From Longimicrobiales bacterium (GTDB taxonomy: Bacteria > Gemmatimonadota > Gemmatimonadetes > Longimicrobiales > Gaopeijiaceae): DNA of 64,000 nt. This document shows positions 18,733 to 28,898 of the stretch, piece by piece. Position 1 is the stretch's first letter. Each line of letters opens with the position of its first letter. The position numbers and the translations under genes were made by a program. The notes under the pieces were generated by a model. That model was not told the DNA's origin, ran no database searches, and worked only from the letters and a program-made list of their open reading frames with translations. The DNA is taken from positions 1-64,000 of the forward strand of contig JAWLHJ010000005.1 in NCBI GenBank assembly GCA_041690395.1, written 5' to 3'.

Positions 18733-19830
18733 TCACCGCTCCGCCAGCCCAGCCCGCACATGGAGCGCGACGGCGCCGAAGCCGAGGGCCGTCACGAGCA
18801 CCCGGACGGGGAGCCCGATCCAGGGCAGCAGCGAGATCACCGCGACGATCGCGCCGCCGAGCAGGAACGCCTTCGGGGGTGCGGTCGAGGGCCCTCCCGG
18901 CCGATCGAGGAGCGAGACACCGAGCCAGAGTCCGGGAATCACGGGCGCCAGGTACAGGGAGATCACGTAAGCCGCCGTCGCGATGACGGCGAGCGGGATG
19001 CCCACGACGGTCACGGCGGCGGCGAAGACGATCACGGGGAGGGCGATGATCCAGAGCAGCCCGAGCCCGAAGGCCGCGCCCGGGCGCTCGTTCAGCCGTT
19101 CGGCGGCCCCGGCCAGCGGCCTGACGAGCAGGAGCATCACGAAGCCCGCGAGCAGGAAGGCCGCCACGCGGCCGGCGGCCATCGAGACGCGGAATGCCGT
19201 CGATGGCCCGGGCACGAGGATCGCCTGGATGTCGCCTGAGACGACCGCCGCCGAATCGACGCTGTCCGCGCCTACGCGCACCCGGTAGGTCAGGTCGCCG
19301 TCGATCCGTGCCGACGGGCCCAGCGTGAGCCGGCCGGCGATGACGTCGACGTTTCCGCCCACGGGCCCGTCGAGCACGACTTCCCGGGCGGCGATCCGGA
19401 GGTTGCCCCGAACCGGTCCGCGCTGCTCGACCCTTCCCCCCACGAGGTAGGCGTTCAGGGCGACGTCCGCGTCCCGTGCGACGAGGAGGTCGGCGGCCAG
19501 CAGGGTGACGTTGCGCCCCACGCGCGAGGCTAGCAGGACGGCTCCCCCCGCGGCGTGGACGTTCCCGGCCACCGAACCCTCGAGCGTCTGGGTCGATCCG
19601 GCCGTCAACGTCGATCCTCCGGCAGAGCCCGTGAACACGACGTCCCGCCCTGCGGCCATCACGTCCCCCGTGACCGATTCGGGGACCTCCACGACCGTCC
19701 CGGCGGCGACCAGGTCGCCTCCCGAGCGGAAGCGGGGCTCCTCACCGTCGGGAGCGAACGGGCCGCAGGCGGCGGTCAGCGTCAGGAGCGTGAGGATGAG
19801 CCGTCGAGGTCTTCTGGCTGAACGTGTCAT
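18733..19830 (-). CDS. Membrane lipoprotein with bactofilin-like beta-helix repeats
   Basis: Lipobox TAAC, repeated VxGxV motifs, several C-terminal TM helices. Confidence 0.75.
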   Translation of the reverse strand: MTRSARRPRRLILTLLTLTAACGPFAPDGEEPRFRSGGDLVAAGTVVEVPESVTGDVMAAGRDVVFTGSAGGSTLTAGSTQTLEGSVAGNVHAAGGAVLLASRVGRNVTLLAADLLVARDADVALNAYLVGGRVEQRGPVRGNLRIAAREVVLDGPVGGNVDVIAGRLTLGPSARIDGDLTYRVRVGADSVDSAAVVSGDIQAILVPGPSTAFRVSMAAGRVAAFLLAGFVMLLLVRPLAGAAERLNERPGAAFGLGLLWIIALPVIVFAAAVTVVGIPLAVIATAAYVISLYLAPVIPGLWLGVSLLDRPGGPSTAPPKAFLLGGAIVAVISLLPWIGLPVRVLVTALGFGAVALHVRAGLAER

Positions 19831-20060
19831 CGGCGCGCTCCATTGTGATCGGGCTCCGCGCGGTGACGCCCGCCGGAGGTCCTTTCGAGAAGTCCCCTGA
19901 ATGGTAGAACACACGCGCCATCCGGGGGAGTCACGGCCGTCGCCCCCCGGGCACGGGCTGCCAGGCCTTGAGATTCCGGCGGGACGTGATACGCTCACCT
20001 CATCGGGAGCGCCGCATGGTGGCGCTCTTTTTCAGCCGCTCTCCACGGGTCGTTCATGCC

Positions 20061-21608
20061 ATGGGCAAGGTCTTGCTGGTCATACTCGACGGTTGGGGGC
20101 ACTCCGACTTCGAGGGCGCTCCCGACCCGGGTAACGCCATCGAGCAGGCCGACGTGCCCATCTACCGGGGGCTCTACGACACCGCGCCCCGCACCCGGCT
20201 GGCGTGCTCCGGCCATGACGTCGGCCTTCCCGCGGGCCAGATGGGTAATTCCGAGGTGGGTCACCTGAACCTCGGAGCCGGACGCGTCGTGCACCAGGAC
20301 ATAGCACGGGTCGATCTGGCCATCGCGGACGGCACGCTCGCGGAGCGCCTCGGCCTCGACGCGCTGGTCGAGCGACTGCGGGCGAGCGGCGGTGCCTTGC
20401 ACGTGGCCGGACTCGTCTCGGACGGCGGGGTGCACGCGCATCTCCGGCACTTCACGGCGCTCTTCGACCTGCTGCCGGAGGATCTCGACGTGCGGGTGCA
20501 CTGCATCACGGACGGGCGTGATACCTCACCGACCGGAGGGCGAGCGTACGTCGGCCGCATCGAGGAGGCGTGCGCCCGGAGTGACCATTGGGCGATCGCC
20601 TCGGTGACGGGGCGGTACTGGGCGATGGACCGCGACCGGAGGTGGGAGCGCACCCGGCGCGCCTACGACCTCATCGCGGGCGGAAAGGCGGAGCGCTGGG
20701 CGGACGGCCCCGACTTCCTGACGCGGAGTTACGAGGAGGGCGTGACCGACGAGTTCGTCCCGCCGACCGGCATCCGTGGCGTGGGCGAGCGTGGCATCCG
20801 GGCCGAAGACGCGGTCATCCTCATGAATTTCCGTTCGGACCGGATGCGGCAGCTCACCGAGGCGCTGTCCCGACCCGACTTCGGCGACTTCGATCGGGAC
20901 GCGGCGATTCCGGGTGACATCGTGACGATGACCGAGTACGAGGAAGGGCTCCCGGTCACGGTGGCTTTTCCTCCGGACAATGTCCGCATGGGGCTCTCCG
21001 AGTATCTCGCCGAGCAGGGAAAGACACAGCTGAAGGTGGCCGAGACGGAGAAGTACGCGCACGTGACGTACTTCTTCAACGGTGGGGAGGAAACGCCGTT
21101 CTCCGGTGAGGACCGCGAGCTGATCCCCTCGCCCGGGGTGGCGACGTACGATCTGCAGCCCGAGATGAGCGCGCCCGGGGTCGAGGAAGCCGTCGCCGCG
21201 GGGATCCGGGGCGGGGCGTACGACTTCATCCTGGTGAACTTCGCCAACCCGGACATGGTCGGGCACACGGGCTCCATTCCCGCGGCCATCGAGGCCGTTC
21301 AGACGGTGGACGCGAGTCTGGGCCGCCTGCTCGAACTCGTCCGGGCGCAACCCGGCTGGGTCGCGTTGATCACGGCGGACCACGGCAACGCCGAGAAGAT
21401 GCTGACCGAGCGGGGTACGCCGTACACGGCCCACACCACCGAGCCCGTCGATTTCGTCGTGTTCGACCCCAACGGCAACCGCACCCGTCTCCGTGACTTC
21501 GGGCGCCTGGCGGACGTGGCCCCCACCGTGTTGGACTACATGGGGCTGGAGCAGCCGCCCGAGATGACGGGCGCGAGCCTCGTCACGCACCGAGAGGAGG
21601 TCGGCTGA
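20061..21608 (+). CDS. gpmI: 2,3-bisphosphoglycerate-independent phosphoglycerate mutase
   Basis: ILDGWG, MGNSEVGH, AETEKYAHVT, NPDMVGH, ADHGN. Confidence 0.97.
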   Translation: MGKVLLVILDGWGHSDFEGAPDPGNAIEQADVPIYRGLYDTAPRTRLACSGHDVGLPAGQMGNSEVGHLNLGAGRVVHQDIARVDLAIADGTLAERLGLDALVERLRASGGALHVAGLVSDGGVHAHLRHFTALFDLLPEDLDVRVHCITDGRDTSPTGGRAYVGRIEEACARSDHWAIASVTGRYWAMDRDRRWERTRRAYDLIAGGKAERWADGPDFLTRSYEEGVTDEFVPPTGIRGVGERGIRAEDAVILMNFRSDRMRQLTEALSRPDFGDFDRDAAIPGDIVTMTEYEEGLPVTVAFPPDNVRMGLSEYLAEQGKTQLKVAETEKYAHVTYFFNGGEETPFSGEDRELIPSPGVATYDLQPEMSAPGVEEAVAAGIRGGAYDFILVNFANPDMVGHTGSIPAAIEAVQTVDASLGRLLELVRAQPGWVALITADHGNAEKMLTERGTPYTAHTTEPVDFVVFDPNGNRTRLRDFGRLADVAPTVLDYMGLEQPPEMTGASLVTHREEVG

Positions 21609-22447
21609 TGGAGCTCGACGCGCTTCTCTCCCGGGTGCTCACGCTGGGTGACGAGGGAGACTGGACCTCCGCGGCCGAGCTGCTCCTCGAGCATCTCGAG
21701 GAGTTCGACGAGAACCCCGCCGTGCACTGCTGGCTGGGCGTCGCCGAGCGGGAGTTGGGGCTGGAGGGTGTCGCCTACGAGCGGTTCAAGCGCGCGCTCG
21801 CGCTCCAGCCGACCGATCCGTACGTCCTGGCGACCGCTGGCAACGGCATCGCCGCGTTCGACGATCCGGACGCCGAGCAGGCGCTCCGGGCCGCCGCGCT
21901 CACGGCGCCGCAGGTCGTGCTCACCCGCCTGCTTTACGGTGCGTACCTCACGCGCGAGGGGCTGTTCGAGGAGGCCCGAAAGGAGCTCGAGGCGGCGGTC
22001 GCGATCGACGAGCACGATCCGCAGGCCCGCTACGAGCTCGGCGTCCTGCACGCGATGGAAGAACGCTTCGACGCGGCGGCCGACGCGCTCGGCGACGCGG
22101 TGCGACTCGACCCCGAAGACTCCTGGACCCGGGTCGTGTTCGGTCTCGTGCTGGTGGAGGCGGACCGTTTCGATGAAGCGGCGGGGGAGCTGATCGAGGG
22201 CGCGCGGATCGATCCGGAGGACGTCGACGCGCAGTTGGCCGCCGCCCTCGCCGCGGCCGCCATCGGCCGTGAGGGCATCGCCTACGAGATGCTCGAGCGC
22301 GCGCGCATGCAGGCCGCCGAAGCCGACCAGGAGATGGTCGCCGCCGTCGAGGACCGTCTCGACGCGGACCACGAAGCGGCGCGTACACTCCTCGTGGACG
22401 ACATCGCCCCGTCGTTCCTCCGTGTTCGCCTGAGCGAGCGTCCCTGA
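21608..22447 (+). CDS. Tetratricopeptide repeat protein
   Basis: Repeated TPR helices. Confidence 0.85.
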   Translation: MELDALLSRVLTLGDEGDWTSAAELLLEHLEEFDENPAVHCWLGVAERELGLEGVAYERFKRALALQPTDPYVLATAGNGIAAFDDPDAEQALRAAALTAPQVVLTRLLYGAYLTREGLFEEARKELEAAVAIDEHDPQARYELGVLHAMEERFDAAADALGDAVRLDPEDSWTRVVFGLVLVEADRFDEAAGELIEGARIDPEDVDAQLAAALAAAAIGREGIAYEMLERARMQAAEADQEMVAAVEDRLDADHEAARTLLVDDIAPSFLRVRLSERP

Positions 22448-22459
22448 CCGAGAGATACG

Positions 22460-23737
22460 TTGAGCCGACTTTCCATTCCCGTCGAGCGCCACAGCCTGGC
22501 CAATGGGCTGCGCGTCGTCCTGTCCCCCGATCCCACGGTTCCGGTGGTCGCCGTGAACCTCTGGTACGGTGTCGGATCCCGGAACGAGCCGGCGGGGAAG
22601 ACCGGGTTCGCCCACCTGTTCGAGCACATGATGTTCCAGGGCTCGACCCACGTCCCCAAGAACAAGCACTTCGAGCTGGTCGAGCGCGCGGGCGGCACGC
22701 TGAACGCGACCACGTGGTTCGACCGGACGAACTACTTCGAGACGCTTCCGTCCCATCATCTGGACCTCGCCCTGTGGCTCGAGTCCGATCGCATGGGGTG
22801 GATGCTCCCGGCGATGGACCAGGAGAAGCTCGACAACCAGCGGGACGTGGTGAAGAACGAGAAGCGTCAGCGCTACGACAATCAGCCTTACGGCGACTGG
22901 GACGAGCGCCTGCAGTCCCTCGTGTTCCCGCCGGACCATCCCTACCACCACACGGTGATCGGCTCGATGGCGGATCTCGAAGCCGCGACGCTCGACGACG
23001 TCGCCACGTTCTTCGAGACCTACTACCGGCCCAACAACGCGGTCCTGGCCATCGCGGGCGACTTCGAGTCCGGTCGGGCGCTCGAGGCGGTCGACCGGTA
23101 CTTCGGGGTGATCGAGGCAGGAGCGCCGGTGCCGCGGCTTCCCGGCAATCCCGACCTGGCTCCGCTCATCGGGGGCACGGTGCGCGACGATGTCGTCGCG
23201 AACGTGCCGCTCCCGCGCGTGATCATGGCGTTCCGCATCCCGCCGTACTCGTCCCCCGACTTCGCGACGGTCGAGGTCGCCCGGGCGCTGCTCGGACAGG
23301 GCAAGGCCTCGCGCCTCTATCGACGCCTGGTGCGCGAGCGGCGCGTGGCGAAGAGCGTCGTGGCCTATGCGTTCCCGCTGCTCACCGGCGCGTCCATGCT
23401 CCTGGTCTGGGCGACCGGGTATCCCGGGGCGTCGCCCAGGGAGCTCGAGAAGGCGCTGGCCGAGGAGATCGAAGGCCTGGTCGAGGCGGCGCCCGAAGAG
23501 GTGGAGCGGGCGATCGCCCTGAGCGAAGCCGACCTCGTCTCTTCGCTCGAGCATCAGTCCGAGCGGGCGGACCGTCTGGCCATGTTCGAGCTCTACTTCG
23601 ACGATCCGGACCGGATCAACCACGACCTCGAGCGACTCGAGGCCGTGTCGATCGACCAGGTGAGGGCGTTCGCGGCCGAACGCCTGGGCCCGGACAACCG
23701 CGCGGTCGTCACCTATCGCCCGGGAGAAGAGCGATGA
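22460..23737 (+). CDS. M16 zinc peptidase, catalytic subunit
   Basis: HLFEH (HxxEH) and NATTWFDRTNY. Confidence 0.93.
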   Translation: MSRLSIPVERHSLANGLRVVLSPDPTVPVVAVNLWYGVGSRNEPAGKTGFAHLFEHMMFQGSTHVPKNKHFELVERAGGTLNATTWFDRTNYFETLPSHHLDLALWLESDRMGWMLPAMDQEKLDNQRDVVKNEKRQRYDNQPYGDWDERLQSLVFPPDHPYHHTVIGSMADLEAATLDDVATFFETYYRPNNAVLAIAGDFESGRALEAVDRYFGVIEAGAPVPRLPGNPDLAPLIGGTVRDDVVANVPLPRVIMAFRIPPYSSPDFATVEVARALLGQGKASRLYRRLVRERRVAKSVVAYAFPLLTGASMLLVWATGYPGASPRELEKALAEEIEGLVEAAPEEVERAIALSEADLVSSLEHQSERADRLAMFELYFDDPDRINHDLERLEAVSIDQVRAFAAERLGPDNRAVVTYRPGEER

Positions 23738-25104
23738 GCGTCCTCGATCGGTCCCGCCCCCCAGCCAGCGGCGCCATCCGCGACTTCGACTTTCCGGACA
23801 CCGAGCGTTCCCGACTCGAGAACGGCATCGACCTCCGGATCGCGCGTGTCCCGCGCCTCCCGCTAGTGACCATCGACCTCTTCATGCGCGGCGGCGAGCA
23901 GGGCCTCGACGCGGAGCGGGCCGGCCTCGCCGTGCTCGCCGCGGAGGCGATCGACGGGGGCACGCGTCGGCGGAGCGGAGCCGACTTGTCGGAGCAACTC
24001 GAACGGCTGGGGGCACGGGTGTCGGCGTATGCCGGCTGGGAGGGCACGACCGTGTCGCTCACCTGCCTCGCGGACCGGCTGGAGGAGGCGTTCCCCTTCC
24101 TGGCCGAGCTCGTCCTCGAGCCGGATTTTCCCGCGGGGGAGGTCGACCGCGCGCGCGAGCAACGCCTGGCCTCCATTCGCCAGCGCGCCATGGACCCGGG
24201 CGCGCTCGCGAGCGACCGGGCCCTCGAACGCTACTTCGCGGCGGACGTGCCGTACGCGCGTCCGATGGGAGGGACGGAGGCATCGATCTCCGGCGTCGAC
24301 CGGCGGACCCTACTCGGTTATGCCGAGGCCGCCTACCGGCCCGGGGGGCGGGGTGGCCTCGTCGTCGCTGGCGACGTCGAGCCGAAGGAAGTGTCGGAGC
24401 TCGTGCTCCGCCATCTCGGGTCGTGGAGCGGTGCCCCCGCCGGGGTGTCGGCGTTCGAGGCCGAGCCGGCCACGCGCCAGCGTCGGGTGACGGTGGTGCA
24501 CCGGCCCGGCTCGGTGCAGTCCGAGATCCGTGTGGGGCACGTGGGCACGGACCGGGCGACATCCGACTACTTTCCGTTACTCGTCGGCAACATGCTTTTC
24601 GGCGGCACCTTCACCAGCCGCCTCAACCTGAACCTGCGCGAAAAGCACGGGTTCACCTACGGCGTGCGCTCGCGCTTCTCGTTCCGGAGCGCCGCGGGAC
24701 CGTTCGAAGTCTCGACCGCGGTTGGGAACGACGTCACCGCCCCGGCGGTCCGCGAGATCCTCGCCGAGATGGAGCGGCTCGTGGACGGTGGACCCACGGA
24801 CGATGAGGTCGCGTCCACCCGGGACTTCGCCGCCGGTGTCTTCGGTCTCCAGATCGAGACGGTCGACCAGATCGCGACGCGCCTGACCCATTTGGTCGTG
24901 TTCGGTCTCGACGACCGGTACTTCAACGACTACCGGGACAACGTGAGGGCGGTCACCCCCGCCGCCACCGCCGAAGCCGTCGCCCGGCACATGCGTCCTT
25001 CCGAGGCCCAGGTGGTCGTGGTCGGTGACGCCGATCAGATCGCGCGACCTCTGGAGGAGCTGGCCATCGGCCCGGTCGACGTCGTCCAGGGGGAGGGCGC
25101 TTAG
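23734..25104 (+). CDS. M16 peptidase, non-catalytic partner subunit
   Basis: No HxxEH; carries SRLNLNLREKHGFTYG. Confidence 0.9.
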   Translation: MSVLDRSRPPASGAIRDFDFPDTERSRLENGIDLRIARVPRLPLVTIDLFMRGGEQGLDAERAGLAVLAAEAIDGGTRRRSGADLSEQLERLGARVSAYAGWEGTTVSLTCLADRLEEAFPFLAELVLEPDFPAGEVDRAREQRLASIRQRAMDPGALASDRALERYFAADVPYARPMGGTEASISGVDRRTLLGYAEAAYRPGGRGGLVVAGDVEPKEVSELVLRHLGSWSGAPAGVSAFEAEPATRQRRVTVVHRPGSVQSEIRVGHVGTDRATSDYFPLLVGNMLFGGTFTSRLNLNLREKHGFTYGVRSRFSFRSAAGPFEVSTAVGNDVTAPAVREILAEMERLVDGGPTDDEVASTRDFAAGVFGLQIETVDQIATRLTHLVVFGLDDRYFNDYRDNVRAVTPAATAEAVARHMRPSEAQVVVVGDADQIARPLEELAIGPVDVVQGEGA

Positions 25105-25309
25105 CGCCCGCCGCATCGCCGCGCCGCTCCCGAGGAACGTCCGTGCCGCTCCGGCGCCGGAACATTCGGGCCCCGGCGCGCATTGGGAGGGTGAGACAAC
25201 ACTACGGGCCGTCGATCTGTCCTAATTCGTGAGGTTCGCGCGTCACATAGGTAGGACGCCGAGGCGACGGGTAGTACCGAAGAAGGCTTGAAACAAGCGG
25301 TTCTTGGGA

Positions 25310-25325
25310 TGGCACACCCTCTGCA
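25310..25325 (+). promoter_or_regulatory. Putative sigma-54 promoter
   Basis: TGGCAC-ACCCT-CTGCA (GG-N10-GC) upstream of an ECF sigma gene. Confidence 0.5.
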
Positions 25326-25392
25326 TCTGTATGAAGGCGTGTGGAACGTAGGTCTGTCGGATCGGCAGGCACCGCGAACGAGGAGGTATCAA

Positions 25393-26043
25393 GTGGCCAG
25401 GGCACGGGCAGAACGGAAACGAGAGGGCGCCGGCTTCGGGGAAGCCAAGGCGCACCGGACCCACCTCGGCGAGCTGAGCGACTCGGATGTCGTGCAGGCT
25501 TCGCTCGACGGAGATCCTCGCGCCTTCGGCGAGTTGGTACGCCGGTACGATCAGCGGTTGCTGAACTTCGTGTACCGGACCATCGGCGACCGTGAGCGGG
25601 GCCAGGATCTGGTCCAGGAGACCTTCGTGCGGGTGTACCGTCACCTGCACCGCTTCGACCAGTCGAAGAAGTTCTCGACGTGGATCTACACGATCGCCAG
25701 CAACCTGGCGAAGAACGAGCTCCGAAACCGGTCCAGGAACCCGCTGGTGCTCTTCCAGACCCTGAAGAAGAACTGGGATGCCGACCACCGGCCGCTGGAG
25801 TGGGAAGACACCCAGTACAAGCCTGACGACCTCTTCCGGAAGCGGCACCTTAGAGAGAAGGTCGAGGAGGCGGTCAAGCAGCTCCCGGAGCATCACCGCA
25901 TCGTCTTCGTCCTCCGCGAGATGGAGGGGAAGACGTACGAGGAGATCGCCGAGATCACGGACTGCAACCTCGGTACGGTGAAGAGTCGACTCAACCGGGC
26001 TCGGAACAACTTCGCGCAGATCATCGCGCCCATGATCGACTGA
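25393..26043 (+). CDS. ECF sigma factor (RpoE/SigW-like)
   Basis: DLVQETF, FSTWIYTIA, YEEIAE...GTVKSRLNRAR; GTG after AGGAGG. Confidence 0.93.
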   Translation: MARARAERKREGAGFGEAKAHRTHLGELSDSDVVQASLDGDPRAFGELVRRYDQRLLNFVYRTIGDRERGQDLVQETFVRVYRHLHRFDQSKKFSTWIYTIASNLAKNELRNRSRNPLVLFQTLKKNWDADHRPLEWEDTQYKPDDLFRKRHLREKVEEAVKQLPEHHRIVFVLREMEGKTYEEIAEITDCNLGTVKSRLNRARNNFAQIIAPMID

Positions 26044-26055
26044 CGCGCGTCGCGT

Positions 26056-26333
26056 TAGCAGCCCGTGATAGAAGTCTGGTGGGCCGCGTTGGGAGCGCCA
26101 CAGCCCCAGATCCTAGGCGGCACGACAACGGCATAGCAAAGCGCTACGCCTAGGAGTGCCAACGACGGAGGTGGGGCTGTGCCGCCCCAACCCATAGGGC
26201 ACGAGGGGGTTGCGGCACCGTACCGCGTCATAGCTCCTCCCCGATGTTAGTACATCGCATTCGTCGCTCTTCCTTGTACGCTATCCGCAAGACCCTCATG
26301 CGCGGCCCACCAGACTTCTATCACGGGCTGCTA
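26056..26333. mobile_element. 278-bp MITE-like structured repeat, copy 2 (inverted relative to copy 1)
   Basis: Perfect 33-bp TIRs; core has 9 substitutions in 212 bp versus copy 1. Confidence 0.85.
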
Positions 26334-26375
26334 GGGGCCGCTTCGGGCGACCCGGGCTCGGCGCTCCGAGCGTCC

Positions 26376-26414
26376 ACGGCCCCGCCGGATTCGTCCGGCG
26401 GGGCCGTCTCGTTT
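26376..26414 (+). terminator. 14-bp stem with TTCG loop, terminator-like
   Basis: ACGGCCCCGCCGGA-TTCG-TCCGGCGGGGCCGT followed by a weak T-tract (CTCGTTT). Confidence 0.55.
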
Positions 26415-26441
26415 GGAACCCGTTCCACCGCGGGTCTGTAT
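26415..26441 (+). promoter_or_regulatory. Putative ECF-type promoter for the anti-sigma gene
   Basis: GGAACC-N17-GTAT. Confidence 0.45.
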
Positions 26442-26503
26442 CACCTCCCGACGATCGTGATTGGCGCGACCGCCACATCCTGGAATCGAAGATCTCAGGA
26501 CCT

Positions 26504-27046
26504 ATGAACTGCACAGACTTCATGACCCGCGCGTCGGAGTTCTTCGACGGGTCGGCCGACCATCGAGATCAGGCGCTCATGGAGGATCACCTCCGTGGGT
26601 GCGATTCGTGTCGCCGCTACAAGGCCGTGTACGAGCAGGGGGCCACTCTCCTCCGCTCGCTTCCCGAGCCCGAGTTGGGGGAGGACTTCGAGCCGCGACT
26701 GCGTCATCGGCTCTTCCACGTCGACGATCGCCGGGCGCTCATCGACAGCTCGGCATCGGCCACCCCGGCGCTCACCGTGCTCGGCCTGGCCGTTCTCCTG
26801 ACGTTCGTGGCCTGGTCCCCGCTCTTGCGGGCGGAGCCGCCCGTCGTGGATCTCGCGCCGATCGTGGTCGACCACGTGCATCAGCCGGCGCCGGCCGCCT
26901 CGTCGAGGAGCGCGTCGCCCGCCGTGGTGTTCAGCGCGCTGGGCCGCGGCCTCTGGGACGACGCCCGGCTCTACGAGTACACGCGTCTTTCGAAGCGCTA
27001 CGCGCGGGATGGCGGCGTCCGACGGGTGGGTTTTGACCACGACTGA
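26504..27046 (+). CDS. zf-HC2 anti-sigma factor
   Basis: MNC...HLRGCDSC and one TM helix. Confidence 0.85.
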   Translation: MNCTDFMTRASEFFDGSADHRDQALMEDHLRGCDSCRRYKAVYEQGATLLRSLPEPELGEDFEPRLRHRLFHVDDRRALIDSSASATPALTVLGLAVLLTFVAWSPLLRAEPPVVDLAPIVVDHVHQPAPAASSRSASPAVVFSALGRGLWDDARLYEYTRLSKRYARDGGVRRVGFDHD

Positions 27047-28013
27047 CGCCCCTGGCGGAGCGTTCTACCTCCACGGCGACGACCATTTCCGTAAGGAGGA
27101 GGAGCTCCGGCGCCTCGTCGAGCTCCATCTGGATCCCTCGACCAGGGACTTTAACCTGGACGTCCTCCGCGGCACCGAAGTCGATGCCGAGACGCTCGCG
27201 TCCGTGCTCGCGACCCCCCCCATGATGGCGACCTGGAGGGTGGTGGTGCTGCGGGAGGTCGAAGGGCTGGCCGGCAGCAAGCATGCCCGCGAGGCCCTGC
27301 TCGAAGTGGTGCAGGCGCCTCCGCCCGGCCTCGCGCTCATCATGAGCTGCACGGTGCCCGACCGCTCCAAGGCCAAGGTCTACGCCGAACTCCAGAGGCA
27401 TGCCCGGTCCACGGCCTTCGAGGCCGTGGCCGAGGCCGACGTGCCCGGTTGGCTGGCGAGCCGGGCGTCGGAGAGCCACGGTGTCGAGATCGAGATCGAT
27501 GCCGCCCGGGCCCTCGGCGCGGCGATCGGGACGGACCTGGGCGTGCTCGACCGGGAGCTGGAGAAGCTCACGGAATACGTCGGCGACGCGAAGCGTATCA
27601 CGCTGGCCGACGTCGAGGCCGTCGGGACGCGCATTCCGGCCCAGGATCGTTGGCGTTGGCTGGACATGGTGGCCGAGCGGCGCTTCGAGGAGGCGTGCCG
27701 CACCCTCCCGACCCTGATCGCACAGGGAGAGTCGGGCGTGGGGCTGGTGATCATGCTCGCGACCCAGCTCCTGCGGATCGGCGTGGTCCTCGAGTCCGGT
27801 CGCGAAGGGCTCGAGGCGGCGCTGCCGCCGTATCAGCGATGGCTGGTGAAGAACGTGGTGCCGCAGGCCCGCGGATGGACGCTTCCCGAGCTCGACCGGG
27901 CGGTAATCGAGCTCCGGGACCTCGATCGCATGCTCAAGGCCAGCTCACACTCCGACGAGCACTTTCTGGAGACGTGGCTCATGGGACTCAGGGTACGGAA
28001 GGAGGCCGCGTGA
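27033..28013 (+). CDS. holA: DNA polymerase III delta subunit
   Basis: FYLHGDDHF, TPPMMATWRVV, RELEKLTEY, DLDRMLK; start codon uncertain. Confidence 0.9.
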   Translation: MTTTDAPGGAFYLHGDDHFRKEEELRRLVELHLDPSTRDFNLDVLRGTEVDAETLASVLATPPMMATWRVVVLREVEGLAGSKHAREALLEVVQAPPPGLALIMSCTVPDRSKAKVYAELQRHARSTAFEAVAEADVPGWLASRASESHGVEIEIDAARALGAAIGTDLGVLDRELEKLTEYVGDAKRITLADVEAVGTRIPAQDRWRWLDMVAERRFEEACRTLPTLIAQGESGVGLVIMLATQLLRIGVVLESGREGLEAALPPYQRWLVKNVVPQARGWTLPELDRAVIELRDLDRMLKASSHSDEHFLETWLMGLRVRKEAA

Positions 28014-28843
28014 GCGCGCGGGTGGTGCTGGGATGCCTGCTCGCCGGGCTCCTCCTCGTGGGTGCGCCGGGTGCTGCGGGAGCGCAGACTTCCGAGCTCG
28101 AGCAGATCGATCAGCTCGCGCGAGAGGGACGTGCCAACGAAGCCCGCGCCCAACTGCTGGCGTGGTGGGAGGACGGGTACGAGGGGGTCGGCCGCGACCT
28201 TCAGCAGCGGGCGCTCTGGCTCCGTGCGCGCCTCACGGTCGATCCCGACCAGGCCATGCGTGACTACCAGCGCCTCGTCGTCCTCTATCCGGCTGGGACG
28301 TTCACCGACCAGGCGCTTTTCCGCCTCGCCCAGGCCGCGCATGCGCTCGGGGACGGTCGGCAGGCGCGCGCCCACGTGGAGGCGCTGGCGCGGGATCACC
28401 CGGGCTCGCCGGTCCGCCGGGCTGCGGAGGCCTGGCTGAGCGAGGCCGGCGAGGCGGTCCCGCCCGTGACGCCGGAGCGGTCGGAGGCGACCGTCGTGGC
28501 CGCCGAGGCGCAGGGAGACGCCGGCGGGGGCGCCACCGCCGGAGGGGCGTCCGTCAGAACGGACGCCGCCGCGGTACCAGCGGGAGGACCCGCCGGCGTC
28601 TTCTCGGTTCAGCTCGGCGCGTTCGGCGAGGAGCCGCGGGCACGCTCGGTGTTCGACGACGCCCGGGAAGCCGGCTTCGAGGCGCGGCTCGTGCGCGTGG
28701 AGGGAAGCCCTCTCCTGCACGTTCGCGTCGGGTCGTTCGCCGAGCGGGAATCCGCGCAGACGATGTTCGAGCGGCTCGCCCGCCAGGGCCTTCAGGCCGC
28801 GGTGGTCCGCGACGAGCGGGCGGAGCGGCCGGTCTCACGCTGA
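28010..28843 (+). CDS. Exported TPR + SPOR domain protein
   Basis: Signal peptide; FSVQLGAF...HVRVGSF SPOR motif. Confidence 0.85.
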   Translation: MSARVVLGCLLAGLLLVGAPGAAGAQTSELEQIDQLAREGRANEARAQLLAWWEDGYEGVGRDLQQRALWLRARLTVDPDQAMRDYQRLVVLYPAGTFTDQALFRLAQAAHALGDGRQARAHVEALARDHPGSPVRRAAEAWLSEAGEAVPPVTPERSEATVVAAEAQGDAGGGATAGGASVRTDAAAVPAGGPAGVFSVQLGAFGEEPRARSVFDDAREAGFEARLVRVEGSPLLHVRVGSFAERESAQTMFERLARQGLQAAVVRDERAERPVSR

Positions 28844-28898
28844 GGCCGGAGCTTCCGGACGCGCTCGGGCGTCCCGGGCCGGGCCGGCTCCCGGACGC

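Noticed and set aside
26244..26523. Small ORFs within or next to repeat copy 2
   Set aside because: No recognisable motifs, and not supported by copy 1 beyond the shared repeat.
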